The position numbers were made by a program, and so were the translations under genes. Shown here in pieces: positions 8,738-16,600 of a DNA stretch of 64,000 bases. Below the pieces are notes generated by a model, which had not been told where the DNA came from, ran no database searches, and saw nothing but the letters and a program-made list of their open reading frames with translations. The first letter of the stretch is position 1, and each line of letters starts with the position of its first letter. The stretch is from an uncultured delta proteobacterium (lineage in GTDB: Bacteria > Desulfobacterota > Syntrophia > Syntrophales > Smithellaceae): assembly GCA_963811325.1 (NCBI GenBank), contig CAWEQT010000001.1, positions 1,624,294-1,688,293 of the forward strand, given 5' to 3'.

Positions 8738-9906
8738 CTATCAGCCACCCCTCAAACGTGAATAATATATTAGCATCAGGGATAGATTCTCTTGTAATAT
8801 CAACTAATACCGTGTGGAAAGATACGTCTATTTTCACTATTCTTGATGAGTTAAAGGTAAAGGCTCAACAAAATAGTGTTGATTATCAAGGACAATTTAA
8901 ACATTTTAATCCTGATGAAGTCTGGCCTTTCACCATAAAGCCAAATGGAACAACTGGATTTTCGTGGATTTTAAAAGGATGCGACTTCACCTATAAAATA
9001 GCCAACTCAGCAGAACCTAATTCCAGACCTAATGTTATGATTGAAATTCGATCAGAAGCATTATGGCGGTTAGGTCCCGAAGAAATAACAAAAATAGCCT
9101 TAAGTATTATTGAAGCGAATGGCGGACATATAATTGAAGCAAAGCCAAGCCGTGTTGATCTATGTGTTGATTTTTTAATGTCTGAAAAAAAATGGTCTTA
9201 CGATTTGATGGACTATGCCGTAACCAGAGCGACTGATTTCTCACCCTATTACCGATATAGGAAACTCACAGGCATAAGAATTGGAAAAGGTGTTATTTCA
9301 GCAATACTCTATGACAAGCCTTTAGAAATTAAACAGCAATCAAAAAAATATTGGATGTTTGATATTTGGGGAATCGATGAAATTCCCGAAGGGGAAAAAA
9401 TAATCAGAATAGAATTTCAGCTGCGGCGAGAAATTTTAAAAGATATTGGTATTAATGTTCTTGATGATCTATTTCAGAAAATAGATGGTGCCTGGGCTTA
9501 CTGCACAAAAAAATGGCTAAAATTTCAAGACAAGCCGGAGTTGCATCATACACAACAATCAACCTTGAGATGGTATGAAGAAATACAAAACGGTTTTAAA
9601 GGTGTTCAAGGTGCTGAACCTCTTGTTAGAAAAAAAGCTGTCAGTATGGATAAAAAACGATTGATGCAACAGGCTAATGGCTTAATTATAGCCTTGCATG
9701 CCATTGATCAGGAAGAAAATAAAACAGACATACGAAAACCTGTAAAAATAGAAGACTGCATTAATTCATACAACAATGAACTTAACAAACATCGTCCTGA
9801 TCCCAATGAAGTAGAAGAAAAAGTTACAAGAAAGCGTGCAAAATTTCATCGAGAAAAACCGATTATTAAAGAAGGTCAAATACCATACAGGCTTAAAAGA
9901 TGTTAA
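8734..9906 (+). CDS. replication initiation factor, Rep_trans (pT181 RepC / phage CRI)-like
   Basis: Pattern typical of the family: SRVDLCVDF, GIRIGKG....ILYDKPLEI, IIRIEFQLRRE. Confidence 0.65.
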   Translation: MTISHPSNVNNILASGIDSLVISTNTVWKDTSIFTILDELKVKAQQNSVDYQGQFKHFNPDEVWPFTIKPNGTTGFSWILKGCDFTYKIANSAEPNSRPNVMIEIRSEALWRLGPEEITKIALSIIEANGGHIIEAKPSRVDLCVDFLMSEKKWSYDLMDYAVTRATDFSPYYRYRKLTGIRIGKGVISAILYDKPLEIKQQSKKYWMFDIWGIDEIPEGEKIIRIEFQLRREILKDIGINVLDDLFQKIDGAWAYCTKKWLKFQDKPELHHTQQSTLRWYEEIQNGFKGVQGAEPLVRKKAVSMDKKRLMQQANGLIIALHAIDQEENKTDIRKPVKIEDCINSYNNELNKHRPDPNEVEEKVTRKRAKFHREKPIIKEGQIPYRLKRC

Positions 9907-10085
9907 CAGACGCTGAAGAACAAAAATTATTTAATATGATAACGGAAATTTATCATCATCTAGGATTAGATGGTCAGAAGCCTATTTCTATCATTCAAGT
10001 CAGAGTTGACGCTCAAAAAGACGTATTGAAATTTCAAGAAAAACGGCGTAAGAGAGGACATGGCTTTGAAGAAACTAGACCGTGA
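9900..10085 (+). CDS. hypothetical small protein between rep and int (possible excisionase or accessory factor)
   Basis: 61-aa ORF overlapping both neighbours. No recognisable motif. Confidence 0.3.
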   Translation: MLTDAEEQKLFNMITEIYHHLGLDGQKPISIIQVRVDAQKDVLKFQEKRRKRGHGFEETRP

Positions 10086-11124
10086 TCGTTGGCAAATCTG
10101 TATAAGCCTTCCTAATCGGGAAAGGTTTTATAAAAACATTCACGCCAGTTCTAAACTTGAAGCTGTTCTGATTGAGCAAGAATATAGAAAGCAATTAGGG
10201 CGCGTGATCGGTGATGTTTATTCAATAAACTCTATCGCTCCGCAATACCTTGAAAACGTAAAAAACAATCAATCCCCTTTGACCTACCGTGATAAATTCA
10301 GAATGATTAACGCAGAAATACTTCCCTTTTTTGGTAACTTCATGCCGGATTATATAACGCCGATGATGTTAGAAGGGTATAAAAAGAAACGCATTAAGCA
10401 ACATTATTTAAAAGTGGTTGAACATTGCAAACAGAACAATAAACCGATTCCCGAAGAAAACGAAGTTAAGCAAATTAACCGGATGATTAATCTTGAAATC
10501 CTTTGTCTGTCCTCTCTAATCGCTTTCGCCAAAGATATGGGAATGTGCAATAATAAACTGCCAAAGACCAAACCATTAAAATATAAACGTCCAGTGCCAG
10601 AGTATATCCGAAAAGAAGAACTCATGGCGATAATAAACGAAATGGATATTAAGCACCGTATTTTATTTCTTTGTCTTTATCATGCCGGATTGAGAAAGTC
10701 AGAGGCTTGCAATCTTACCGCTTCAGATATTCACTTTGACCCTGATTATATTAAGGTCAGAGGCAAAGGGGATAAAGTAAGGTCTGTTGTAATGTCTGAT
10801 CTAGTGGCAAGTGAAATGAAGAACTATCTACAATCAGTTACAGGCAGTCTTTTGTTCCCTTCTAGGATCAGAGGTGGGGCGATAACGGATATACGTTCTC
10901 CGCTTAAAACTGCTATGAAAAAAGTCGGAATTGAACGGAGAATTACACCTCATTGTTTAAGACATTCTTTTGCTACTCATATGCTAGAGGGTAAAGCTGA
11001 TTTAAGGACGATTCAAGAGCAAATGGGGCACGAGGATATAGGAACTACCCAAATTTATACCAAGGTCACTTTTGATCACGCCATTAATACGGTTAAGGGA
11101 GTTTTTAAGGGAGTTTTTAAATGA
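10060..11124 (+). CDS. tyrosine recombinase/integrase, element A
   Basis: Catalytic C-terminal region: LYHAGLRKSEA ... HCLRHSFATHMLEGKADLRTIQEQMGHEDIGTTQIYTKV (R...HxxR...H...Y). Adjacent to the intact tRNA-Lys. Confidence 0.9.
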   Translation: MALKKLDRDRWQICISLPNRERFYKNIHASSKLEAVLIEQEYRKQLGRVIGDVYSINSIAPQYLENVKNNQSPLTYRDKFRMINAEILPFFGNFMPDYITPMMLEGYKKKRIKQHYLKVVEHCKQNNKPIPEENEVKQINRMINLEILCLSSLIAFAKDMGMCNNKLPKTKPLKYKRPVPEYIRKEELMAIINEMDIKHRILFLCLYHAGLRKSEACNLTASDIHFDPDYIKVRGKGDKVRSVVMSDLVASEMKNYLQSVTGSLLFPSRIRGGAITDIRSPLKTAMKKVGIERRITPHCLRHSFATHMLEGKADLRTIQEQMGHEDIGTTQIYTKVTFDHAINTVKGVFKGVFK

Positions 11125-11215
11125 TAGGGTGTGCGGTTTTGTTCGACTATTTGTCACTTTTTGCCACTTTTAATAAAAAAGGCACTTCGTTTAACTATGC
11201 GAAATGCCTATGTTA

Positions 11216-11263
11216 TTTGGTGAGCCCTGTCGGAATCGAACCGACAACCTAATGATTAAGAGT
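11216..11263. repeat. proximal att repeat of element A (3' part of the intact tRNA-Lys)
   Basis: Identical to 4377-4424. Confidence 0.85.
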
Positions 11264-11293
11264 CATTTGCTCTGCCAGTTGAGCTAAGGGCCC
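11218..11293 (-). tRNA. tRNA-Lys(CTT)
   Basis: Manual cloverleaf on the reverse complement: GGGCCCT / GCTC-AACTGGCA-GAGC / AATGA-CTCTTAA-TCATT / AGGTT / GTCGG-TTCGATT-CCGAC / AGGGCTC-A-CCA. Confidence 0.9.
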
Positions 11294-11340
11294 TTGAGCG
11301 CTTTTGAAAAAAACGCTTCAATATTTTTCTATTCTGGTAC

Positions 11341-11365
11341 GCCCGGTAGGATTCGAACCTACGAC
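11341..11365. repeat. distal att core of element B (displaced tRNA-Arg 3' end)
   Basis: GCCCGGTAGGATTCGAACCTACGAC is identical to 16607-16631. It is preceded by TGGTAC, where the intact gene has TGGCGC. Confidence 0.8.
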
Positions 11366-11405
11366 ACCGGGCAAATTCCTTAATAAAATCAATATCAAAA
11401 AACCT

Positions 11406-11424
11406 GTTAGAAGGTCGTTAGAAG
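11406..11424. repeat. GTTAGAAG tandem direct repeat, candidate arm-type integrase binding sites (left arm of element B)
   Basis: GTTAGAAGGTCGTTAGAAG lies ~40 nt inside the left att core. The same pair occurs at 16541-16560. Confidence 0.5.
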
Positions 11425-11527
11425 TTTTGATGAACAGCTTCTACTCAACTTTTAACCAAAAGTCAAGGATGATTGATAAATGATAATAATAGAAAAATCG
11501 ACAGGAATTGAACCTATGATATTTCTC

Positions 11528-11556
11528 TTGACAAGCGTAACCTTATCGGTTACAGT
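11528..11556 (+). promoter_or_regulatory. higBA promoter with an overlapping palindromic operator; transcript likely leaderless
   Basis: TTGACA (11528-11533), 17 nt, TACAGT (11551-11556). The inverted repeat GTAACC-N5-GGTTAC (11537-11553) spans the spacer and -10. The ATG at 11564 is 8 nt after the -10 and has no SD. Confidence 0.5.
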
Positions 11557-11563
11557 ATAGCCA

Positions 11564-11842
11564 ATGATAAAATCTTTTATCCATAAAGGTCTGGAAGATT
11601 TTTTTTACGATGGAACCATTAAAGGTATACAGGCCAAGCACGCTTCAAAGTTAGGAGCGATATTGGATAGGCTTGATGCGGCAAATGAAATTAAGGATAT
11701 GAACTACCCCGGCTCCGGCCTTCATTTGCTACTTCCCAAAAAGAAGGGGCGCTGGGCAATAAAGGTTTCCGGCAACTGGCGATTGACATTTGAATTTAAG
11801 GATGGAGACGCACTTAATATAAACATCGAAGATTATCATTAA
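11564..11842 (+). CDS. higB: HigB-family (RelE-like) toxin, plasmid maintenance system killer
   Basis: Full-length match to the family pattern: MIKSFIHKGLEDFFYDG..KGIQAKHA.KL..ILDRLDAA....DMN.PG..LH.L.......W.I.VSGNWRLTF.F.DGDA..I...DYH. Confidence 0.9.
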   Translation: MIKSFIHKGLEDFFYDGTIKGIQAKHASKLGAILDRLDAANEIKDMNYPGSGLHLLLPKKKGRWAIKVSGNWRLTFEFKDGDALNINIEDYH

Positions 11843-11854
11843 AGAGGATTATTT

Positions 11855-12166
11855 ATGAGAACACGAAAAAGACCACCATCTCATCCGGGATTGATTCTCA
11901 AGCTTCATTACTTGGAACCATCAGGAATTAACGTTACAGACCTTGCGAAAGAGTTGAGACTATCGAGAAAGACGGTATCTAAAATATTGAATGAACGAGG
12001 TGCTGTAACAACAGATGTTGCCTTACGGTTATCCAGAGCGTTTGATACTACTCCTGAATTATGGTTGAACCTTCAGACAAATTACGATCTCTGGCATACG
12101 GCTAATGAAACGACTGATTGGCGGGCAATAAGAACCATATTGAAACTTGCACATGTAAGCGCGTAA
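11855..12166 (+). CDS. higA: HigA-family antitoxin (XRE-type HTH)
   Basis: HPGLILK..YLEP.G.....LAKEL..SRKTVS.ILNERG.VT.DVALRLSRAF.TTPE.WLNLQT.YDL. Lies 12 nt downstream of higB. Confidence 0.9.
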   Translation: MRTRKRPPSHPGLILKLHYLEPSGINVTDLAKELRLSRKTVSKILNERGAVTTDVALRLSRAFDTTPELWLNLQTNYDLWHTANETTDWRAIRTILKLAHVSA

Positions 12167-12219
12167 TAGATTTCTATGTCTTAAAGTTACTGGTATGTGT
12201 ATTCGGATCGAAAAAGTAA

Positions 12220-12591
12220 TTATTTTGGTGAAAGAATTACCATTATATCGGTCTCATCAAGATCCTTGCAACCAGCCGTCATAAGGCCTATTACAGGCAC
12301 TAGGAATAAGACTGTTCCAATTACATCAAGTACAAATGTGCCATTCCAATGATAGCTTATAGACCGTTTATATGGTAAATATCCATCCTTATAACCCTCA
12401 ACTGATAATTCTCTGTTTCGTGGCGCGTCTATTGTAACAGGGCAGGTTTGACGCTGTCCATTTACAACCAAAACAACTCCTTCTTTTGGTTCACAAGTGA
12501 ATTTTACTGGCATAGTTGATGATCGTAATGCAGAACAAGCGATGATTTGGTTTAGTAAAACAATACATAATCCGAATCTTATAATCTTCAT
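12220..12591 (-). CDS. small lipoprotein with a PEGA-like beta domain and a C-terminal TM helix (cargo of element B)
   Basis: Signal peptide with lipobox-like LNQIIAC. VLVVNGQ...PVTI.......LSVEGYKDGYLPYKR resembles a PEGA domain. Hydrophobic C-terminus FVLDVIGTVLFLVPVIGLM. Confidence 0.55.
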   Translation of the reverse strand: MKIIRFGLCIVLLNQIIACSALRSSTMPVKFTCEPKEGVVLVVNGQRQTCPVTIDAPRNRELSVEGYKDGYLPYKRSISYHWNGTFVLDVIGTVLFLVPVIGLMTAGCKDLDETDIMVILSPK

Positions 12592-12734
12592 TTCTTGCCC
12601 TCCATAAAATGATATTAAATTAAATAGGACTGTTGTACTAGTTCGATAATATCATTAAATTATAAGATGCTCCGTATTATCTGTCAATTAAATAGTGATC
12701 ACAAAACAAATACGTACATAATTTTATGGTTGTG

Positions 12735-12983
12735 TTAATGAAGTGCGTTGTAAATTAAGACAACGAGTTGACAGATTGAAGTAATAGCCAAAACGTAAGT
12801 TGCTAAAGTTAAACGCTTTGTGGATCTGCTATTGAGTTCTCCTGCCTTATACGCAAGCCACCCTGATCCTATAATTTGGTAATTTTCATTACCACCAAGG
12901 TTAGCCTCCATTAATTTCAAGACTTCGTCTGGTTTTTGCTCTATTCCGAAATCGCGTTTCACAATATTATCTCTCCTTTTCAT
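12735..12983 (-). CDS. hypothetical 82-aa protein with a C-terminal TM helix (cargo of element B)
   Basis: ORF on the same strand as, and 41 nt downstream of, 13025-13480. C-terminal LTLATYVLAITSICQLVVLIY. No family recognised. Confidence 0.4.
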   Translation of the reverse strand: MKRRDNIVKRDFGIEQKPDEVLKLMEANLGGNENYQIIGSGWLAYKAGELNSRSTKRLTLATYVLAITSICQLVVLIYNALH

Positions 12984-13024
12984 GCGGAATGAATATTATT
13001 CTTATATCCTCAAGCGGATAAAAC

Positions 13025-13480
13025 TTATAATTTTGAAAGATGATATTTGTAGGGACCAGTCTGTCTCCAAATGATTTTATCTCCTGGCCTTACACCAGCT
13101 TTTTCATAAAAATCACGAGTTTTCCCCCTTGCCTTTAACATATTACCTGTCATGCCTGTTTGAAAAGAGAATCCTACCGAAGTTTCGACAAGAAATAATT
13201 TCCCATCGGTGGGAAGGAGATTATTCTTTTTCATTTTAGTCAATGGTAAATAATTCTGGCTTAGGGCGCCATCGGTTATTTCCACTTCTACTGATTTGCT
13301 GTCCAAAGAAAGAACTTCAGGTGATGAAATAGCTTGTTCAATTCGTTGTATCTCCTCTTTTACTTTTTTCAATGCCTGGCCTAGATTACCAAGATTCGTT
13401 ACCTTCGCCCAATCTTTTTCTTCCTGAGCTGATTTAATTTGCAGGCTGATTTCTCTCTCAAGCTCATCGATTTTTTTCAT
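13025..13480 (-). CDS. hypothetical 151-aa protein: N-terminal coiled coil plus C-terminal beta-rich domain (cargo of element B)
   Basis: SD GGAGG lies upstream of the ATG. Heptad-like N-terminus. The C-terminal pattern ...LFLVETSVGFSF......L.ARG..RDFY.KAGV.PGDKIIW is reminiscent of B3/AbrB-type pseudobarrel DNA-binding domains (weak, by eye). Confidence 0.55.
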   Translation of the reverse strand: MKKIDELEREISLQIKSAQEEKDWAKVTNLGNLGQALKKVKEEIQRIEQAISSPEVLSLDSKSVEVEITDGALSQNYLPLTKMKKNNLLPTDGKLFLVETSVGFSFQTGMTGNMLKARGKTRDFYEKAGVRPGDKIIWRQTGPYKYHLSKL

Positions 13481-13628
13481 GCTAAAAACCTCCTATTTGT
13501 ATATATTACCAACTTAAGTAGTTTATACACGCACATCTTAACATTTGTCAAGAGAAAAATTACAAATCCTTACAAAGTGAAATTTTGAATTTATGAACCA
13601 CTTCATATTAGTTAATCAAAAATAATTC

Positions 13629-13657
13629 TTGACACAATAATAAACATATGTTATAAA
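13629..13657 (+). promoter_or_regulatory. sigma70-like promoter of the element B RHH-rep-int module, with TGTTATAAA direct repeats
   Basis: TTGACA (13629-13634), 17 nt, TATAAA (13652-13657). TGTTATAAA(C/A)C occurs twice, overlapping the -10 and 20 nt downstream: a candidate RHH operator. Confidence 0.55.
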
Positions 13658-13701
13658 CCTTTCAAAACTGTTATAAAACTATATCTATTGGAGGTAATAT
13701 T

Positions 13702-13986
13702 ATGGGACGTCCGCCAGTAAAAGAAGCTAAGCAACAATATACAATAATGTTGAGGCCAAGCCTTATAGAAGAAATTGATAAATATGCAAATAAATATAAC
13801 CTTACTCGCAGCCAGTTAATGGGCAATCTAGTTGAGTCAGGACTCGATGATATGAAAATGTTAGATAAATCTGGAGTTATCCCCCTTATCTACCAGGGAA
13901 GCAATATATTGAAAGCGTTTAAAGAGAAATTATTTAAAGGTAAAGTTTCTATGAATGACAAAGGAGACATACAAATTAAAAAATAA
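13702..13986 (+). CDS. ribbon-helix-helix (CopG/Arc-like) regulator, element B; paralog of 8052-8336
   Basis: Same length (94 aa). 61/94 identical positions in an ungapped alignment done by hand. SD GGAGG. Confidence 0.8.
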   Translation: MGRPPVKEAKQQYTIMLRPSLIEEIDKYANKYNLTRSQLMGNLVESGLDDMKMLDKSGVIPLIYQGSNILKAFKEKLFKGKVSMNDKGDIQIKK

Positions 13987-14154
13987 GTAAAAAAACGGGA
14001 GAAAAGACGAGCGGCCAGCAAGTCCAATCTCCCTAAACCAGTCTTAGAAATGGCTTGCGGCTCATGCTCCAAAACAGGTCTGTTTGTTTTATAACATCAG
14101 ATCAAAGTATATTCAAGAAGCCTTTCTGGGACAAAATCCTGGAGGGCTTTTTTT

Positions 14155-14442
14155 ATGATTGAAAACGATTCTACAAGAAACACCCCGTCTGCGGCGGGGG
14201 GCGGTAGAGCCGCCTCAAGCCAGCAGTCGGGCGGAGATGCTTGGGGGATTGGGAGTGTTCCTGTTTGTTTGAGAAAATCAGAATACCTAACTGTCGATAT
14301 TACGAATGGCCAGGAACCAAACTTAGAAGAACTAAGGCAACGGTTCCCCCGCATTGCAATATTTAGACTTCCAGATCTTGTTTTATTTGGAAATCATATT
14401 TCCCTTTACAGGCTTGACCGAAAACTGGGGGTGAAGAAATGA
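14155..14442 (+). CDS. hypothetical protein coupled to rep (element B); N-terminal part may be non-coding
   Basis: The stop overlaps the rep start in ATGA. The first third is low-complexity and coincides with a GC-rich GGCGG-TAGAG-CCGCC hairpin. Confidence 0.3.
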   Translation: MIENDSTRNTPSAAGGGRAASSQQSGGDAWGIGSVPVCLRKSEYLTVDITNGQEPNLEELRQRFPRIAIFRLPDLVLFGNHISLYRLDRKLGVKK

Positions 14443-15434
14443 AAAATACTTCACCATCAAAAGGTCAAGAAAAAGATGGCTCTACTGCTTGTATAAGAGA
14501 CATATTTTTACATAGGAAAAAAAGTTTAAAGAAATTAAAGCTTTATATAAGTGGTAAAAGTGCTTTAAAGACAGATTTAAAGGAAAAACTGCTTATATAT
14601 CCTAATATGGTTGAAATCAGACAGACTAATCCCTTGAAACAATCAGTCAATAACGCAGGGGAAAAAGGCGAAATCATAGAATTTAGTAAGAAATCCAGAA
14701 GAGAATTCATAAAGTTTCTTTGCAAGATAAAAGATAAACTTAATCTGTGGCAGGATTTAACTTTTGCTGACGATGTTATGCAAATCAAATCGGAAAGGAA
14801 AGAAGCTTCAAACAAGGCATTAAACCGATTTAGACGTATAGTGCTTGATAAGTATCCATCAATTAAAATCGTTTATAAAAGAGAATGGGAAGCAAGAAAA
14901 TCGGGTAATTTAAAAGGTGAGTATGTTCCTCATTTTCATATGTTCATGAGTGTCCCTAATGTGGATGAAGATTATGAACTTTTTAATTTGGCATCTCAAT
15001 TAGCAAATAGATGGGTTGACTGCACCAGAACAAAAGAAATCCACAAAGCCCTTAGCGTTGCTCTAAACTCTAATAGTTATCGAATTATAAAATCCCAAAA
15101 ACAAGCACTAAAGTATGCAACAAAATATATAACCAAGCCTGGTGAAAATTGGGCAGACGATAGCATTGGTCGAAGTTGGGGAACGATTGGCAAATTTGAT
15201 ATAGCAAAGCCTCAAGAAATAGAAATGACACCGGCAGAGATGGTGCATGTTAGAAGAAGATTAAGGAAAATAGCACCCAAAAAACACTTCATTCAAAAAG
15301 CTTTGAAGCAAAAAGAAACACCAACATTTGTAATCGTAAAAGACAAAACAGTAAATCGAATAATAGAAAATACTCAAGACCAATTAGAAAATGAATGCCG
15401 TGATTTCTTTAAGGCGAAGGGAGGTCAAAATTGA
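14439..15434 (+). CDS. HUH-superfamily rolling-circle replication initiator/relaxase (two-Tyr YxxKY type)
   Basis: The three RCR motifs occur in canonical order: LTF (motif I-like), PHFHMFMS (HUH), ALKYATKYITK (Y-x-x-K-Y, as in the phiX174 gpA class). Confidence 0.7.
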   Translation: MKNTSPSKGQEKDGSTACIRDIFLHRKKSLKKLKLYISGKSALKTDLKEKLLIYPNMVEIRQTNPLKQSVNNAGEKGEIIEFSKKSRREFIKFLCKIKDKLNLWQDLTFADDVMQIKSERKEASNKALNRFRRIVLDKYPSIKIVYKREWEARKSGNLKGEYVPHFHMFMSVPNVDEDYELFNLASQLANRWVDCTRTKEIHKALSVALNSNSYRIIKSQKQALKYATKYITKPGENWADDSIGRSWGTIGKFDIAKPQEIEMTPAEMVHVRRRLRKIAPKKHFIQKALKQKETPTFVIVKDKTVNRIIENTQDQLENECRDFFKAKGGQN

Positions 15435-15481
15435 ATTCCCTTCAAAGATATGATAAACCCCTGACCATAGGGGGTGACTAT

Positions 15482-16573
15482 ATGAAAGGACATGTATTTT
15501 TTCATGCACCGGCGAAGCGTTGCTATGTTTCAATTCCTTTTAATGGCGTTCAAGAAAAGTTTTGGTCGTATAAGGGTGAACCTATTTGGGATGAAAGAAC
15601 AGGTCGTAAATTTCTGTCAGTAATGCAAGCAGAAATTGATAAAGGGACTTTCGATCCTAGAACATATCGCCCAAATTCTCCGCTATCAGTAAAAGAATTT
15701 TCCAAGGTCTGGTTGGATTCTACTGGTGCCGGGAAGAACACAAAGAAGGTTTACCGAAACGCCATAAGTAAAGTCATGAACTACTTTGGTGAAGATCAGG
15801 ACATTCGGGAATTTACACACTCAAGACTTCTATTATTCAAGCAATCATTAAATCTATCCGAAGCAGCAAAATACAATATCTTAACAGCATTGAAAACTAT
15901 GCTTCGCTTTCACAAGAAAGATGTGCCGACTTTTATTATGCCTGAATTTCCTGCCCTCACAAAGCCCGAACCGGAAACGACTGAATATCTGACCTTCGAA
16001 GAACAACAAAATGTCTTACAGGCAATCCCTGAAAGACATCGCCCTATATTTATCATCATGATGGAATACGGTTGCAGACCACAGGAAGCAACAGCTTTAA
16101 TGCGAGATTGCATTACTAAAGATAAAATTATTTTTCGAAGATCACACAGTGAATATGAATTAAGAGAAACAACAAAGACCGGAACCAAAGGTATTCGAAT
16201 TGAGGATATTACAACAAGAGCAAGACAGGCTTTACAGGATGCCTCACAATGGACTTCATTTAAGGGATGGGTATTCTGCCATAATCAAAGAGGCTCGCAC
16301 TATGACAATAAGATTTTGAATCGAATATGGAGCAATGCTTGTGAAACGTTAGGAATTAAAATTGGCTTATATGAAGCTGTCCGGCATTCGCTCGGTTGCC
16401 AGTTAGCAGATGAAGGTTACTCGATTGACTTCATCCAAGATGTTTACAAACATACTTCGATAAGGACGACTAGAAGGTATGCAAAGAGGCAACGCGGCAT
16501 GATTTCGAAGGCTCTGGAAAACAGAGGCAAAGTTGTTGAGTTTAGAAGTTCGTTAGAAGGTGGAAATTTATAA
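15482..16573 (+). CDS. tyrosine recombinase/integrase, element B
   Basis: The ORF is open from 15431 (TTG). ATG at 15482 (MKGHVFF) follows GGGGGTG. C-terminal catalytic region: YGCRPQEA ... AVRHSLGCQLADEGYSIDFIQDVYKHTSIRTTRRYAK. Abuts the intact tRNA-Arg. Confidence 0.9.
   Translation: MKGHVFFHAPAKRCYVSIPFNGVQEKFWSYKGEPIWDERTGRKFLSVMQAEIDKGTFDPRTYRPNSPLSVKEFSKVWLDSTGAGKNTKKVYRNAISKVMNYFGEDQDIREFTHSRLLLFKQSLNLSEAAKYNILTALKTMLRFHKKDVPTFIMPEFPALTKPEPETTEYLTFEEQQNVLQAIPERHRPIFIIMMEYGCRPQEATALMRDCITKDKIIFRRSHSEYELRETTKTGTKGIRIEDITTRARQALQDASQWTSFKGWVFCHNQRGSHYDNKILNRIWSNACETLGIKIGLYEAVRHSLGCQLADEGYSIDFIQDVYKHTSIRTTRRYAKRQRGMISKALENRGKVVEFRSSLEGGNL
16541..16560. repeat. TTAGAAG tandem direct repeat (right arm of element B), inside the integrase 3' end
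   Basis: TTTAGAAGTTCGTTAGAAGG matches 11406-11424, ~45 nt from the att core. Confidence 0.5.
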
Positions 16574-16600
16574 AAAATGACTTAAATATCAATTAGTTAT

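Larger units (their letters stand above)
4377..11263. mobile_element. integrative element A (~6.9 kb) inserted in the 3' end of tRNA-Lys(CTT); RHH-Rep_trans-integrase backbone with R-M cargo
   Basis: Bounded by a 48-bp direct repeat (4377-4424 = 11216-11263) identical to the 3' part of the intact tRNA-Lys. The tyrosine integrase lies next to the intact tRNA. The element looks more AT-rich than the core genes by eye. Confidence 0.8.

Noticed and set aside
14097-14354. 85-aa minus-strand ORF in the GC-rich patch of element B
   Set aside because: It has no SD and a low-complexity translation. It overlaps the plus-strand ORF that is translationally coupled (ATGA) to rep, and the region is more plausibly a cis-acting site.
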